Source of the DNA: Escherichia phage MirsaeidiM_Esher7
Sequence record: PQ593108.1
Length of the DNA stretch: 40,430 nt
Direction: 5' to 3' (one strand)
This document shows positions 1 through 10,100 of this stretch, piece by piece (position 1 is the stretch's first letter; the number at the start of each line of letters is the position of its first letter). The notes under the pieces are model-generated. The model was not told where the DNA came from. It saw only the letters and a list, made by a program, of their open reading frames with translations, and did no database searches. The position numbers and the translations under genes are program-made.

Positions 1-55
1 GGTCTTCAATGGGCGTATTCCCACTCCGTCTTATAGTCCTCTTCAGAGAACGAAC
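1..55. repeat. terminal direct repeat copy, identical to 40376-40430
   Basis: First 55 bp are identical to the last 55 bp of the window; T7-family genomes have direct terminal repeats. The true repeat may be longer than what is represented here. Confidence 0.8.
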
Positions 56-109
56 CGTAAGACTCTTCGTCCATACTACCTCCTTTCGTTGATTGTTACC
101 ATTACGGCG

Positions 110-268
110 TTAATGACACTCAGACACCAGAGAACATATGAGAGTCTCGACCCACCCGACCCACTGACTTCCAGCAGTAACGCCAGCAGCAAGTAGAACA
201 GCAGCAAGAAACCTGTATGTAGCTCGATTGGTCGCCAGAGCTTTAAGTACAGCTTTGGTCTTTGCCAT
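110..268 (-). CDS. gene 19.5-like small protein (52 aa)
   Basis: ATG at 268 preceded by GGAGG; product MAKTKAVLKALATNRATYRFLAAVLLAAG... resembles my recollection of T7 gp19.5 (TYRFL motif, hydrophobic); sits downstream of the phiOR-like promoter as in T7. Confidence 0.5.
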   Translation of the reverse strand: MAKTKAVLKALATNRATYRFLAAVLLAAGVTAGSQWVGWVETLICSLVSECH

Positions 269-416
269 ATGCTACATACCTCCTGTATCTATGGTCTGTG
301 ACTATCTGTATTGGAGGTGATAATAATCATAATCACTCCTGACTATATGGAGACCTAGAGTCCTTACCTATATGCTAACTTTTAGTCGGCATACTATAAG
401 GTCCCCCTAGGTCCCC

Positions 417-439
417 CATCCCTATAGTGATAGTTAAGT
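417..439 (-). promoter_or_regulatory. phage RNAP promoter (phiOR-like, right-end promoter)
   Basis: Plus-strand motif ccctatagtgatagttaagtt, one of 11 copies of the conserved 23-bp promoter; position after the terminase/HNH genes matches T7 phiOR. Confidence 0.7.
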
Positions 440-452
440 TAACCTATTGAAT

Positions 453-995
453 TTACTTGTGGTTTCTATGAGACCTATCTCGCTTAGGGGACCGTAGGTT
501 TACTGCGTACTTCTTGTGCTTCTCTGTTCGTAAGGCGTCCAGCCAAGCCTCTAGTTCCTCTATGGAGTCCGAGGTCTTCGTGAAGCATTTACCTTTAACC
601 CGGAGCTGAGCACGATACTTGCCCGTTGGCTTGAAGAAGCTGATTCCTTTGGGCAGACCGTTAGTCTCCCCGCCTTCTGAGTTCCAGCGGTTCTCCAGCT
701 CAGTCACAAGCCTATAGTTCTCAGGCCTATCGTCAAGTCTATCACCATTAATATGGTCTACCAACATTCCATTAGGTATTCGACCTACAGCTAGACTATA
801 TATGATTCTTGAGCGTCTATATCTGCTTCCCAGCACCTTCACTATAGCATACCCGGATGGATGCACAGAGAAGCCCATTGGTTCACCCGGAATCTTCTTC
901 GAGCTACCGAAAGGCTTCTTGCACACCAAGTTTCCGTCAACATATGCGTAGTGGTTAAAGAGGGCCACCCTGTCGATGGCCTTCTGTTTACTCAT
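453..995 (-). CDS. HNH endonuclease with C-terminal AP2-like DNA-binding domain (putative homing endonuclease)
   Basis: 180 aa; HNH motif region VDHINGDRLDDRPENYRLVT; C-terminal GISFFKPTGKYRAQLRVKGK...SIEELEAWLD resembles an AP2 domain; ATG with AGGAGGAG RBS; T7 has no such gene here. Confidence 0.8.
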   Translation of the reverse strand: MSKQKAIDRVALFNHYAYVDGNLVCKKPFGSSKKIPGEPMGFSVHPSGYAIVKVLGSRYRRSRIIYSLAVGRIPNGMLVDHINGDRLDDRPENYRLVTELENRWNSEGGETNGLPKGISFFKPTGKYRAQLRVKGKCFTKTSDSIEELEAWLDALRTEKHKKYAVNLRSPKRDRSHRNHK

Positions 996-1008
996 AGTTC
1001 TCCTCCTA

Positions 1009-2772
1009 TTAATGGAACGTAACGTATGACCCTAGCCCCAGCTCGTCGTCCGTATCGTGAGTCACCCGGACCCCATTGTCCCAGAACTCAGTGTGGATGG
1101 ACTCGAAGCCTTTCCGTGGGTTATCCATCTGTTCTTCCAGCCACTCCTCAGTGACTTCACGTTCGCCTTTGTTGGCATCCTTAGCCATAGACTCAACGAA
1201 GAACTGTACACCGATAGCCAGCGCATCAAGTCGGTCATCGTGTGCCAAGGCTCCACGTTCACGAGAGATACGTGTCATCTGGTAGAAGAGAGAGTAGATA
1301 GGGTTACGAACACCATCCTTATCAGAGGCCGACTGGTAATCTTGGACGATAGCAGCAGCGTTGACGATAAGTCGGTGAGACCCCATGATAGGCTCCAGAA
1401 CGTCACAGATGCGGAGTTCCTTCTGACCCTTACTCTTCACTTCAGTTACAGCAGCAGGATGAATACGGGCAGCTACAGGCTTGAATAGCTCAAGGTACAT
1501 ACCATCACCGAAGTTACCCTCAATGACGTATTCGTTGACCTTCCACTTACGACCAATCTTAGCCAGAGCTTCCAGAGTAGAGTCTTCATAACCACCACGC
1601 ATACCACCAACTTCCATAGCGAAGATGTAGCCGTTGAGCTGATACAGTACCGCATAGCCAGTTTCATCCTTACCACGACCACTAGGGTCAATGACCAGAA
1701 TCTTCTGGGTGTACGAACTGAAGGCAGAACCTACAGTCTGATACGTGTGGTATGAGTCACCCATGAGTCCAACGTTAGGAACGTCCTCACGCTTGTTCTG
1801 AGGGTTAGGAAGCCATTGGTAGACCATTGGGCTGGACGCTGGGTCCAAGTCGGCTACGATAAGGTCACGGAGCTTCAGAGGGTACTTCTCAGCATCACTC
1901 AGGTTAGGGTTAAGCATGAACTGTAGAGCGAAGCCAGCTTTACCATAGGATAGCTCACGTTCCTTCAGGTCCGTATCATCGAATCGTACCTCATCGGTCG
2001 GACGCCAGTAGAAGGACTCAGGGTCCTCTTCAAGCTCTGCCTGAAGCATAGGAGCCAGACGGTCACCGTAAGACTGCCAATCCTTCCTGTCGCGTGGATA
2101 ACGAGCAGGCCAGATAGTAGTGGTATATCCACGACCTTCAAGCTCACGATACAGGGTCATCTCGTTCTGAGGAGTGCCCAGATAGATGATTGTACCTCCC
2201 GGCTTCAGGATAGCGTCAAACTCTTTCACAAGCTCTGACAGACGGTCTCGTGCAGCCTGAGTCGCTGAGTTGTTCGGAACCTCCACGTCATCGGCAATCA
2301 GGATGTCAGCACGACTACCAGTCAACTGACCAGTGATACCAACGGACTTAACCGAAGGTGAGTGGTCTGGCTTGGCTGGCCCAACGTCGAAGCTGATAAC
2401 CGCATCTCGCTGACCCTGCTTAGGTTTGAGTTCCCGAAGCTGAGGCATGAGGTCGATGATTCGCTTGATGAAGATGGAGTTAGCATCGGCTCGTTCCTTT
2501 GAGGCCGACACAATCATGAACTTCAAGTCTGGGTTGTTCCATAGCTTCCAGACAACGAAGGCACACGTAATGAAGGACTTCCCGATACCACGGAACGCTT
2601 GTAGGATGAAGCGCCTGTTGTCCCCAGCCGATAGTTTCTTCGCCATGTCAATCTGACAGCGAGTCGGTACTGGTAGTGACAGAGCTTTCCACAGGACGAA
2701 CAGGAAGAACACGAAGTCTGCCTTCATACGGGCAGTCATGAGCGCCGGACGCGCCACTAAATCTTTACTCAA
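1009..2772 (-). CDS. terminase large subunit (T7 gp19-like)
   Basis: 587 aa, collinear with T7 gp19 ([14 protein letters not shown], Walker A-like [23 protein letters not shown]). The codon at the T7-homologous start is TTG (2772-2770), preceded by AAGGAGG and overlapping the Rz stop; first in-frame ATG is at codon 12. Confidence 0.93.
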   Translation of the reverse strand: MSKDLVARPALMTARMKADFVFFLFVLWKALSLPVPTRCQIDMAKKLSAGDNRRFILQAFRGIGKSFITCAFVVWKLWNNPDLKFMIVSASKERADANSIFIKRIIDLMPQLRELKPKQGQRDAVISFDVGPAKPDHSPSVKSVGITGQLTGSRADILIADDVEVPNNSATQAARDRLSELVKEFDAILKPGGTIIYLGTPQNEMTLYRELEGRGYTTTIWPARYPRDRKDWQSYGDRLAPMLQAELEEDPESFYWRPTDEVRFDDTDLKERELSYGKAGFALQFMLNPNLSDAEKYPLKLRDLIVADLDPASSPMVYQWLPNPQNKREDVPNVGLMGDSYHTYQTVGSAFSSYTQKILVIDPSGRGKDETGYAVLYQLNGYIFAMEVGGMRGGYEDSTLEALAKIGRKWKVNEYVIEGNFGDGMYLELFKPVAARIHPAAVTEVKSKGQKELRICDVLEPIMGSHRLIVNAAAIVQDYQSASDKDGVRNPIYSLFYQMTRISRERGALAHDDRLDALAIGVQFFVESMAKDANKGEREVTEEWLEEQMDNPRKGFESIHTEFWDNGVRVTHDTDDELGLGSYVTFH

Positions 2773-3218
2773 TGCGTCACCTCCTTATCTTGCTGCAAGG
2801 CTCTCACAGTGTCCTGAAGGGCCTTAATCCACTTGTCCCCTTTCAGTCCGATGGCGATAAGACGTTTAGCATCTCGTTCGTCAAGTTCGGCGAAATCATC
2901 AATGACGCATCGACCGTCACTTTGCGTGGTTCCACTCGTTGGTTTGACTCGGATGCGCAACCGCTTATTGTCAGACTGAAGGTCAGCAATAATCCTATCA
3001 GTGCTGCCTTCCAGCGAGGACATTTCGTCCTGAAACCGTTTGGACACTTTGTTGACTTCAGCTTGGACAGCAAGCCTTGTATCTTCCGATGCCTTAAGAT
3101 TCGAGGTGTATTCTTCATTGACCTTAGCCTCCCACTTATTGTTAGCGGTGTGGTATCCACCAGCAAACATCACTGCTGCAAGTAACCACGGAGCCGCTCT
3201 CTTTAAAAATTCGAGCAT
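2769..3218 (-). CDS. Rz-like i-spanin (T7 gp18.5-like)
   Basis: 149 aa, N-terminal TM segment ([21 protein letters not shown]), close match to recalled T7 gp18.5; position after small terminase. Confidence 0.9.
   Translation of the reverse strand: MLEFLKRAAPWLLAAVMFAGGYHTANNKWEAKVNEEYTSNLKASEDTRLAVQAEVNKVSKRFQDEMSSLEGSTDRIIADLQSDNKRLRIRVKPTSGTTQSDGRCVIDDFAELDERDAKRLIAIGLKGDKWIKALQDTVRALQQDKEVTH
2843..3118 (-). CDS. Rz1-like o-spanin lipoprotein embedded in Rz (+1 frame)
   Basis: ORF wholly inside Rz in another frame with lipobox LTISGC after a hydrophobic stretch ([12 protein letters not shown]). Start uncertain: the ORF extends to 3166; I chose the internal ATG at 3118. Confidence 0.55.
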   Translation of the reverse strand: MKNTPRILRHRKIQGLLSKLKSTKCPNGFRTKCPRWKAALIGLLLTFSLTISGCASESNQRVEPRKVTVDASLMISPNLTNEMLNVLSPSD

Positions 3219-3272
3219 AGTTGCCCTCCCGGTTTATCAGATTTCACGTAGAGTCTCCTCCACTAGTTAGTG

Positions 3273-3319
3273 TTAACCATAAAGGCCACTACATATAGTA
3301 ATGACCTTGAGTCTAACAC
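3273..3319 (-). promoter_or_regulatory. conserved imperfect hairpin, candidate RNase III processing site (R18.5 position)
   Basis: Element cataaaggccac...atgaccttgagtct immediately after the gene 18 stop; the minus-strand RNA folds into a stem of about 11 bp with G-U pairs; two more copies at 26811 and 34074. Confidence 0.4.
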
Positions 3320-3583
3320 TTATTGAACACCATACCCGGTGTCATTATCTTCCGTAGCCGAGAGCACCTTATCGTACTCTGCGTTCAGGGCCTCCATATC
3401 AGCCAGAGTCTTCTCGTCGACAGACACCTTGCTTAGCACGAAGTTGTGACGAGCCAGTAGCTTCTCAATGGCGTTGTAAAGCTGAGGTGAACGCTTAGTG
3501 TCATCCCGCAGGTCTTGCAGCATGAGTCGAGCACGTTCAGTATCTAGCATCAAGAGGAACTTCTCTAAGTCCATCTGCGTCAT
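3320..3583 (-). CDS. terminase small subunit (T7 gp18-like)
   Basis: 87 aa; ...FLLMLDTERARLMLQDLRDDTKRSPQLYNAIEKLLARH matches recalled T7 gp18; ATGA overlap with holin stop. Confidence 0.9.
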   Translation of the reverse strand: MTQMDLEKFLLMLDTERARLMLQDLRDDTKRSPQLYNAIEKLLARHNFVLSKVSVDEKTLADMEALNAEYDKVLSATEDNDTGYGVQ

Positions 3584-3777
3584 GTTTTACCACCTCCTCC
3601 TTTAATCGTTTTGTAGACTAGCACACCAATCTGGACAACGGTGTACGCGATAGCTGCAACGTAGAACCATTCGTTAAGTGTGAGCCCGAAGAAGAACCGA
3701 CTGGCACCATCAGCCGCAGCGGTCCCGACTATAGGAGAGGCTTTAAGGACCTCATTCTTGAAGTCTAACTCAATCAT
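3580..3777 (-). CDS. holin (T7 gp17.5-like)
   Basis: 65 aa with one hydrophobic TM segment and charged C-terminus; GGAGG RBS; located between tailspike and small terminase. Confidence 0.8.
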   Translation of the reverse strand: MIELDFKNEVLKASPIVGTAAADGASRFFFGLTLNEWFYVAAIAYTVVQIGVLVYKTIKGGGGKT

Positions 3778-3886
3778 AAAACCTCCAGTTTAAAGCGGGT
3801 CGTCCGTGACCCAAAGTTGTTACCCTACGTTGGTTAGCGTGTAGTTAGCCTCTACCCCACCAACTTAATGGCAAAGGGTTTGTTTA

Positions 3887-6800
3887 TTACTTCTGTTCAA
3901 GAGCAGAAAGTCTGGCTTCGATTCTTTCCAGTTTTCTTCTCTGATAAGCGGCTTCAGCAAAGAAAATTCCGTCAGGCCGAACACCCCACTCCTCACCCTC
4001 TTCGTGAATAACCACCTCGGTGTACACAGGTTCTTCAGTAGTAGTGACATTACCCTCCTCGTCAGTGTGTTCAATGATTTCATTGTGCGAAAATACCGTA
4101 TCGGTCATCCGTGGATACTTGTCATAGCACAGAACAGCATAACGACAATTCGTACTGTTTTCATCCATCAGACCATGTGCAATGAATACATCACGAATTT
4201 GCTGAGCAATAACCCCGAAGTGAATACGAGCATCATTGCCTTTCAGTTGAACAGCATCTAACCACTGGTACATGATGTAGTGAACGTCACCCCAAGCATC
4301 TAGGAAAGCATCATCAAAAACTACCGGCTCTGTTTTCCTCTCCCCGTTAGAAGTAACAATAGGGTTACTTCCAAGGTATGCAGTGGAGAAACGGTTGCGA
4401 GGCCCACCAAGCGCAGTGACGTTATCGTTATAAGGCTTAACATCAGCAGTCTGGAACAGATGCTCAGCTCCGTTGTAAACTATCCGCCTTGAGTCGGTGT
4501 TATTTGCACCATAAAGCGTAATCTGTGCGCCAGAAGAAGAACTGGTACTGTCGCCTCCGCAAAATATGGTGCGCTGCCCTGCAGGGTTATCAGTCGGTAT
4601 AGATTTCCCGATAAACCCATATTCACCTTCCATTAAAACTTCAGAGCGAATGTTACTACTGGTGCTGGCTCTAATGGTCACATGACCTAAACCCAAATCC
4701 CCTGTAAATTCCATTGGCGCAGGAACAGTGCGAATCCCATTCGTATCAAAAAACACGGGAACAGCTCTGTTAGGTACAGCACCATACCTGAAATCACGGG
4801 AAACATGATTGCTTGGGCCAATCTTCATTTTGTAGCAATACAAATCTGAGGGATGACCATCCGATTTGAATGGGTCCTTCGCTGAGTTATCTCCATATGT
4901 CCATGGGTTAAAATGGTCCTCTCCACCAAACATGTAGTAGATGTAATTATCCTTCACAACTACCGAACCAACACCTACACCTGAGTTAACTATTCCGCCC
5001 TGATAAATCTGGTCAGTGATGTTAACCCATTCAATATCATCTGCATTCCAATTGTTTACATTCAAGCGTGCATAGAAGGTGCGAGGATAAGATGCCTTGT
5101 AACGATCATCTGGTGCACCTGCTTCCCATTCATTTTCTGCACGTTCTGAACCAAACATAATAAGGTCATCCCCTACTTTAGCAAAAGGTAATGTAGTATG
5201 ATGAACATTATGTGGAAATCTCAGTGACTCCCAAGTCTGACCTATGTCTCTACTACGATGCAAAGAGCTACCTAGTCTATCCCCACGAGTACCACGAGTG
5301 ATAAGATACAATACACCATCATAGTACTTGATGCACGGTTCTGACGCATCTGGTTCATACTCAGCTGGTATCTGACGACGAACATAGTTAGCTGGATTGT
5401 CGAAAGCATTAGGGAAGTAGAAGAGTCCAACTTCGCGTGGAGCTACATCGCCTTGATGATAACCCATAACAAAGCCATTGTTATCAATAGTAGCAAAGCT
5501 ATGCACCTCTGTGACACGAGGGATTAGACCAAGGTCTGTCTTACGCCATGGAGACTTATGGAAAGAAGTACCCATGTGCCAATTCTTTCCAGCGTTATTC
5601 AAATCTGAAGTCTGCTGGTTGGATGTAAGAACCGTGAAGTTGTCCTTATCTATTATGGTTGCAACAGTCATATCACCGGATACACCTGTTACCGCAGAAT
5701 TAGAGAAGTTAACAAAATCACCCACGAATAGTCCGTGGTCTGGTACATGTATTGTTGCATATGGCTGATTTGCATCTTTAGTGATACCACCAGTAAGATG
5801 CAGGCTACGAGACATGGGGCGATCCCACAATGCACAATTGGTTAATTCGTTCTTGGCTAAAGTACGTGTTTCAATCATGGCAAACAGACGGTTGCGACAT
5901 ACGCCCATACTCATACAGTGATAGTTCACTGTAGGGTAATCTGGATGCAGATCAGTTAACCACTCTGGAGTAGACCATGTTTGACCATCATCACCAGACT
6001 TAACCCATGATACATGCAGACGACTAACACCATGACGATCGCTACCCATGTAAGGTGCATATATTACATTATCATATACGAACGCTTTATCCTGAGGCCA
6101 CGCATTGTAATAAGGGGTGTCCGTTATTTTGAACAACTCCCCCTGAACAAATTCCTCAGAGGCATAATAAAGAGGTTGTCCGGGAATGCGCTCATAAACG
6201 AAACGAGTGTTGATGAAGCGACTAATGTCAGGCAGGGATGTGACCTTATATGTCTTCCCATTGCCATTAATCTTTTGTCCAACCGGTATGTCGTTTAATG
6301 CGCTCGTTAACGCTGCTGTATCATCAGTGACACCATCCCCTTTAGCACCCCAACCACGAACATCATTTTCATCAAGCCAGCGTGCTCTATGTAATTCAGG
6401 GTAGAGTATTGCCCCTTCCGGGTTTGAAATCTGACTTCTTAAAGCAGCATCACCAACACTAACCCACGCACCTAATCCAATCCCACCAGAAGTTTCAGGA
6501 GTTGAACCAGCAGGAACGTTCTTTGGAAGCGTACCATCCCAGCGGTAATAATCACCATCCTCTTCCCATAGCAGGACCTCGCTCCATGTTGTAACGTTGT
6601 AGCCTTTCTCGAAGGAGCGACGGGTCATATAGCCAATTAGACCAGCTTCCCTGATACTCTCAGCGATTCGGCGTGCTTCGTCCTCGCTATCCTTAGCGTT
6701 GCCAGCAGAGCTACCAGCAGCATCGGCATATTCCTTCGCTAAGTCAACCGTTTGGTCTCGACCTTCTTCTGCAATATGGATAGCCTGAAGCTCTGAATTG

Positions 6801-7081
6801 GTCAGGTCACTAGCTGTCAACACTGAGCCATTCCTGAAGTCTACCACTAAGTCAGTTCCAGTCTGACGGTGAATACGAACGATGTCGAAACCTGATTGGT
6901 CAACCAACATCTCAATCATCGTTGGATTAAGGAATCGGTAATCTCGACCAACTTCCAGTACACGGTTCAGGGTAGGGTTAGAGCTATTCACCAGCGTAAC
7001 AACAACAAACGTTCTAGCTAGGTAATCGAACTCAATCCTGTACTGAGTGTTCCCTGAAGGGAATTGTGTAATCGTGGACAT
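3887..7081 (-). CDS. tailspike: endo-N-acetylneuraminidase (K1 capsule endosialidase, endoNF-like) with T7 gp17-like N-terminal adaptor and C-terminal intramolecular chaperone domain
   Basis: 1064 aa. N-terminus (IEFDYLARTFVVVTL) resembles the T7 gp17 tail-attachment domain; two Asp-boxes SGDDGQTW (aa 362-369) and SRDIGQTW (aa 610-617); E581, R596, R647 and S911 fall exactly where I recall the endoNF catalytic residues and the maturation cleavage site. Confidence 0.93.
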   Translation of the reverse strand: MSTITQFPSGNTQYRIEFDYLARTFVVVTLVNSSNPTLNRVLEVGRDYRFLNPTMIEMLVDQSGFDIVRIHRQTGTDLVVDFRNGSVLTASDLTNSELQAIHIAEEGRDQTVDLAKEYADAAGSSAGNAKDSEDEARRIAESIREAGLIGYMTRRSFEKGYNVTTWSEVLLWEEDGDYYRWDGTLPKNVPAGSTPETSGGIGLGAWVSVGDAALRSQISNPEGAILYPELHRARWLDENDVRGWGAKGDGVTDDTAALTSALNDIPVGQKINGNGKTYKVTSLPDISRFINTRFVYERIPGQPLYYASEEFVQGELFKITDTPYYNAWPQDKAFVYDNVIYAPYMGSDRHGVSRLHVSWVKSGDDGQTWSTPEWLTDLHPDYPTVNYHCMSMGVCRNRLFAMIETRTLAKNELTNCALWDRPMSRSLHLTGGITKDANQPYATIHVPDHGLFVGDFVNFSNSAVTGVSGDMTVATIIDKDNFTVLTSNQQTSDLNNAGKNWHMGTSFHKSPWRKTDLGLIPRVTEVHSFATIDNNGFVMGYHQGDVAPREVGLFYFPNAFDNPANYVRRQIPAEYEPDASEPCIKYYDGVLYLITRGTRGDRLGSSLHRSRDIGQTWESLRFPHNVHHTTLPFAKVGDDLIMFGSERAENEWEAGAPDDRYKASYPRTFYARLNVNNWNADDIEWVNITDQIYQGGIVNSGVGVGSVVVKDNYIYYMFGGEDHFNPWTYGDNSAKDPFKSDGHPSDLYCYKMKIGPSNHVSRDFRYGAVPNRAVPVFFDTNGIRTVPAPMEFTGDLGLGHVTIRASTSSNIRSEVLMEGEYGFIGKSIPTDNPAGQRTIFCGGDSTSSSSGAQITLYGANNTDSRRIVYNGAEHLFQTADVKPYNDNVTALGGPRNRFSTAYLGSNPIVTSNGERKTEPVVFDDAFLDAWGDVHYIMYQWLDAVQLKGNDARIHFGVIAQQIRDVFIAHGLMDENSTNCRYAVLCYDKYPRMTDTVFSHNEIIEHTDEEGNVTTTEEPVYTEVVIHEEGEEWGVRPDGIFFAEAAYQRRKLERIEARLSALEQK

Positions 7082-7128
7082 TATGCCTCCTGTTATGAAT
7101 TAAAAGGAGACCTATGGTAGCGCCTCCA

Positions 7129-7151
7129 GTTTCCTATAGTGATAGTTTAGT
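7129..7151 (-). promoter_or_regulatory. phage RNAP promoter (phi17-like)
   Basis: Plus-strand motif cctatagtgatagtttagtcc overlapping the end of gene 16, upstream of the tailspike gene. Confidence 0.75.
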
Positions 7152-10100
7152 CCTTGATGTGGATGCCCTGCTCCTCAAACGTTCCAAGCAACAGCTTCTG
7201 GGTAATGGGGTCGTTCGGAACCAGTTCACGGAACGTATTATACATCCCGGTCATGTAGTCACGCTCGTTGACACGAGTATCAGCCTTGAGGTAGCCAGCC
7301 AAGTTGTAAGCAGAAACGCCAACGTTAGCAGCATATCCGAAAGCTGGAACCTGCTCCAAGAAGTTACCAACAACATTCATCACAGGGTCACTTGTAGCCG
7401 CACCAAACGTGATGGCACGTTCAGGCTTCTCTGTAGGCGAACGAGGTAGGATAGACGAACGGAGCATCTTAGTGTCCTCATACCCAGCTATGCCACCTAG
7501 AATGTTAGCTACCCCAAGTGGTCCACCAAGGTGTGAACTACGGGACAGAGCCGCATATCCAATCATCGTCGGGTCCAGAGCTTGCTTGAGGTATTCACGG
7601 TCTCTGCCATCCTGCATAGCGTAAGCCTTTACGTGAGCCTGAGCCATGTAGTAGATACCAGATAGACCCATAGAGATCACAGTGGACAGGGCAGCGTCAA
7701 TCGCTCGGTTGTTCTTCGTGGCGTTATAGAAGGTACGCATGGTTCGCCCATTGATGGACTTGATGACGAAGTTCTTAAACTGAAGGACAGTCTTAGCGAT
7801 AGGACCATAAGCCTTTGCGTCCATGTTGGACAGCTTATGAGGACGTAGTAACGTTTCGTCAGCGATGGTGTCACCCATACGCCACAGGTCCATAGCCCTT
7901 GGGTCCTGACTGAACGCCTTCTTATCCTTGATGGTATACTTCCAGTCTGGACCACGAGTCACTGACTCACGGATGAGGGACTTAATGCCCTTCCACTGCT
8001 CGTCAGAGATACCAGCGGTCTTCAGCCATCGGTCATCGAACTTACGCTTACTACCAGTCAGGCTATGCTCCACGATGTCAGACAGGAAGCCTTGACGTCC
8101 AGCATCTAACAGGTAGTTGGTCGTACCGTTGAGGACTTTAGTGAACGGAGAGCGTACTGCAAGTTCGCCAGTGTAATACTTGGCAGTCCCCAGAGCTGTA
8201 GCTGTACCACGACCGAGGTCACTGTAAGATCGCAGACGGTCAATGACATCCTGTTTAGACGGACGGATTGAGTCATCCAGTTCCTTACCGAAGATAACAT
8301 TGTGCAGGTCCTTAATCTCTGAGGCCCCAACCTTCTTGTTACGGAAGGCTAGGTCACGGAAAATTGGGACTCCATGCAGCATTGCACGAACGTTGCCACG
8401 AGCCAGCATACCACCAATCTCCGTTAAGTTCTGAACACCCATGTAGGCATTCTTAGCGAAGAACGATAGGTCTGTCATTGTGCGCATCACGGTAGCGAAG
8501 GCTGCATCATCAGCACCATCACGTCGAGCACGACCAGTTAGAATCTTCAAGGTGTCACGTAAGGTAGATACTTCACCTTTCAACTTACCGTCATCCCCAG
8601 CCTTGTTCATCATGGTCTCAACCAAGTCCTTCATGTCCTTCGTGGTTTTGCCTGTACCAGCCATGATAGCAATATCGCCATTAATTCGACGGTTGTAGGC
8701 CGGGACAATCTTGTCCATGTCCCACTCACGCAGGTTGTTGACACTGAAGGTCTGACCATTAGGTAGGACGATTGACATATCGCTATCGAACAGGTTACGA
8801 GCCTCAAGGAAGCTGTTGTTCTCCAGACCCACCAGACCATTGATGTTCTCTTCCATTACGGATGAACGCTCGAACTGCTCGGTGTGAGAGATACCATAAG
8901 CCTTATCGTTGGCGTACTTATCGACCGCAGCCGCAAGTCCTTCTGGAGTCAACGTAGGATCAGCCTCTAAGAGTGCCTCGTCCACACGTTTCTTGACCTC
9001 AGGTCGAGACGCATAGCTGGTCAACCATGACTTCTTGATGGCCTCCTGTAGTGCCTCTGGACTCCCAAGCTCCTTGATGTACAGCTCCTTCATCTGGTTG
9101 CTATACACATGCGGGACGTAGGTTCCCTTGAAGCGGCTGCCCGGAAAGATAGACTGAGCGTCTGGACGACCAAACATCGCCGGGTTCTCCATCATCTCAC
9201 GCTTGGCGTCAAACTGGCTCTTCAGCAGGTCATAGACTTTCAGTTCTCCCGGAGTCAGTTCAGCCTTCAGGTTCCCACTTCCGTCTTCAATAGCCATAGA
9301 CACACGCTGGTAGATGTCCTGACGGAATGCGCCAGAGTCTCGCCAGAATGCTGTCTGGAAGTATGGGTCCTTGAGCGCCTCAGTAACCGCGTCGTCGATG
9401 TCGTTGTAGAACCGATGGTCCACAGCACGAAGTCTCTCGAATACGTCTGACGCAGTGGTCCCGATTTTACCTGAGGCCCCTGACTGCATACCAGTCGGTG
9501 AACGCACTAAGTCAGCAGCTACTCCACGAATCTCAGGGTTCTCAGACCGAAGCAGCTTCAGGCCAATCTCGGTAAGTCCACCAAGGTTCACACCAGCAGC
9601 GGCACGTTCTGGCTCAATCACTTCGTCAAAGACCTTACGTGTCTTAGGGTTCAGAGGGTTCTCACCAATCAGGATTGAACCATCTTCCAGTCGTACACTA
9701 CCCGGCTCATTCGGAACGTCAGCGAACTTAACTCCTTGATGACTAAAGGTCTGCTCACCTTCCTGAATAGGGAGACGAGACAGGTCCTGACCATCAATGT
9801 TACGAGCGGTCTCACGAGCTTCCAGACGTGTAGCTGGGCCAGCGAACTCATTAGTGTTGCGACCTAAGGCTCTGCCTAACCCATCAGCGATAGCAGTCAT
9901 ACCACCACCGAAGAGAGCACCACCAAGGATAGCTTCAGCCACATGAGTATCGCCACCAGCCACTGAGGTACGGGCCATCTCGGACACACCAGCAAGTGCT
10001 CCAGATTGAGCAGCCACGGTGAACATCTTGTTGACCAGCTTCGCACCTTTGCCAACCTGTCCAGCGATAGGAACGTAGGTCAGCGGGTCTACACCAGCAC

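Noticed and set aside
1057-1488. Plus-strand ORFs throughout the window (for example 1057-1488, 13472-14041, 30411-30764, 36571-36924)
   Set aside because: All lie antisense within well-supported minus-strand genes, lack convincing RBSs and recognisable motifs; the genome is transcribed essentially unidirectionally like T7.
2843-3166. Full-length 107-aa version of the embedded Rz1 ORF
   Set aside because: The N-terminal 16 codons would make an implausibly long leader before the signal peptide; the internal ATG at 3118 was preferred, though the true start remains uncertain.
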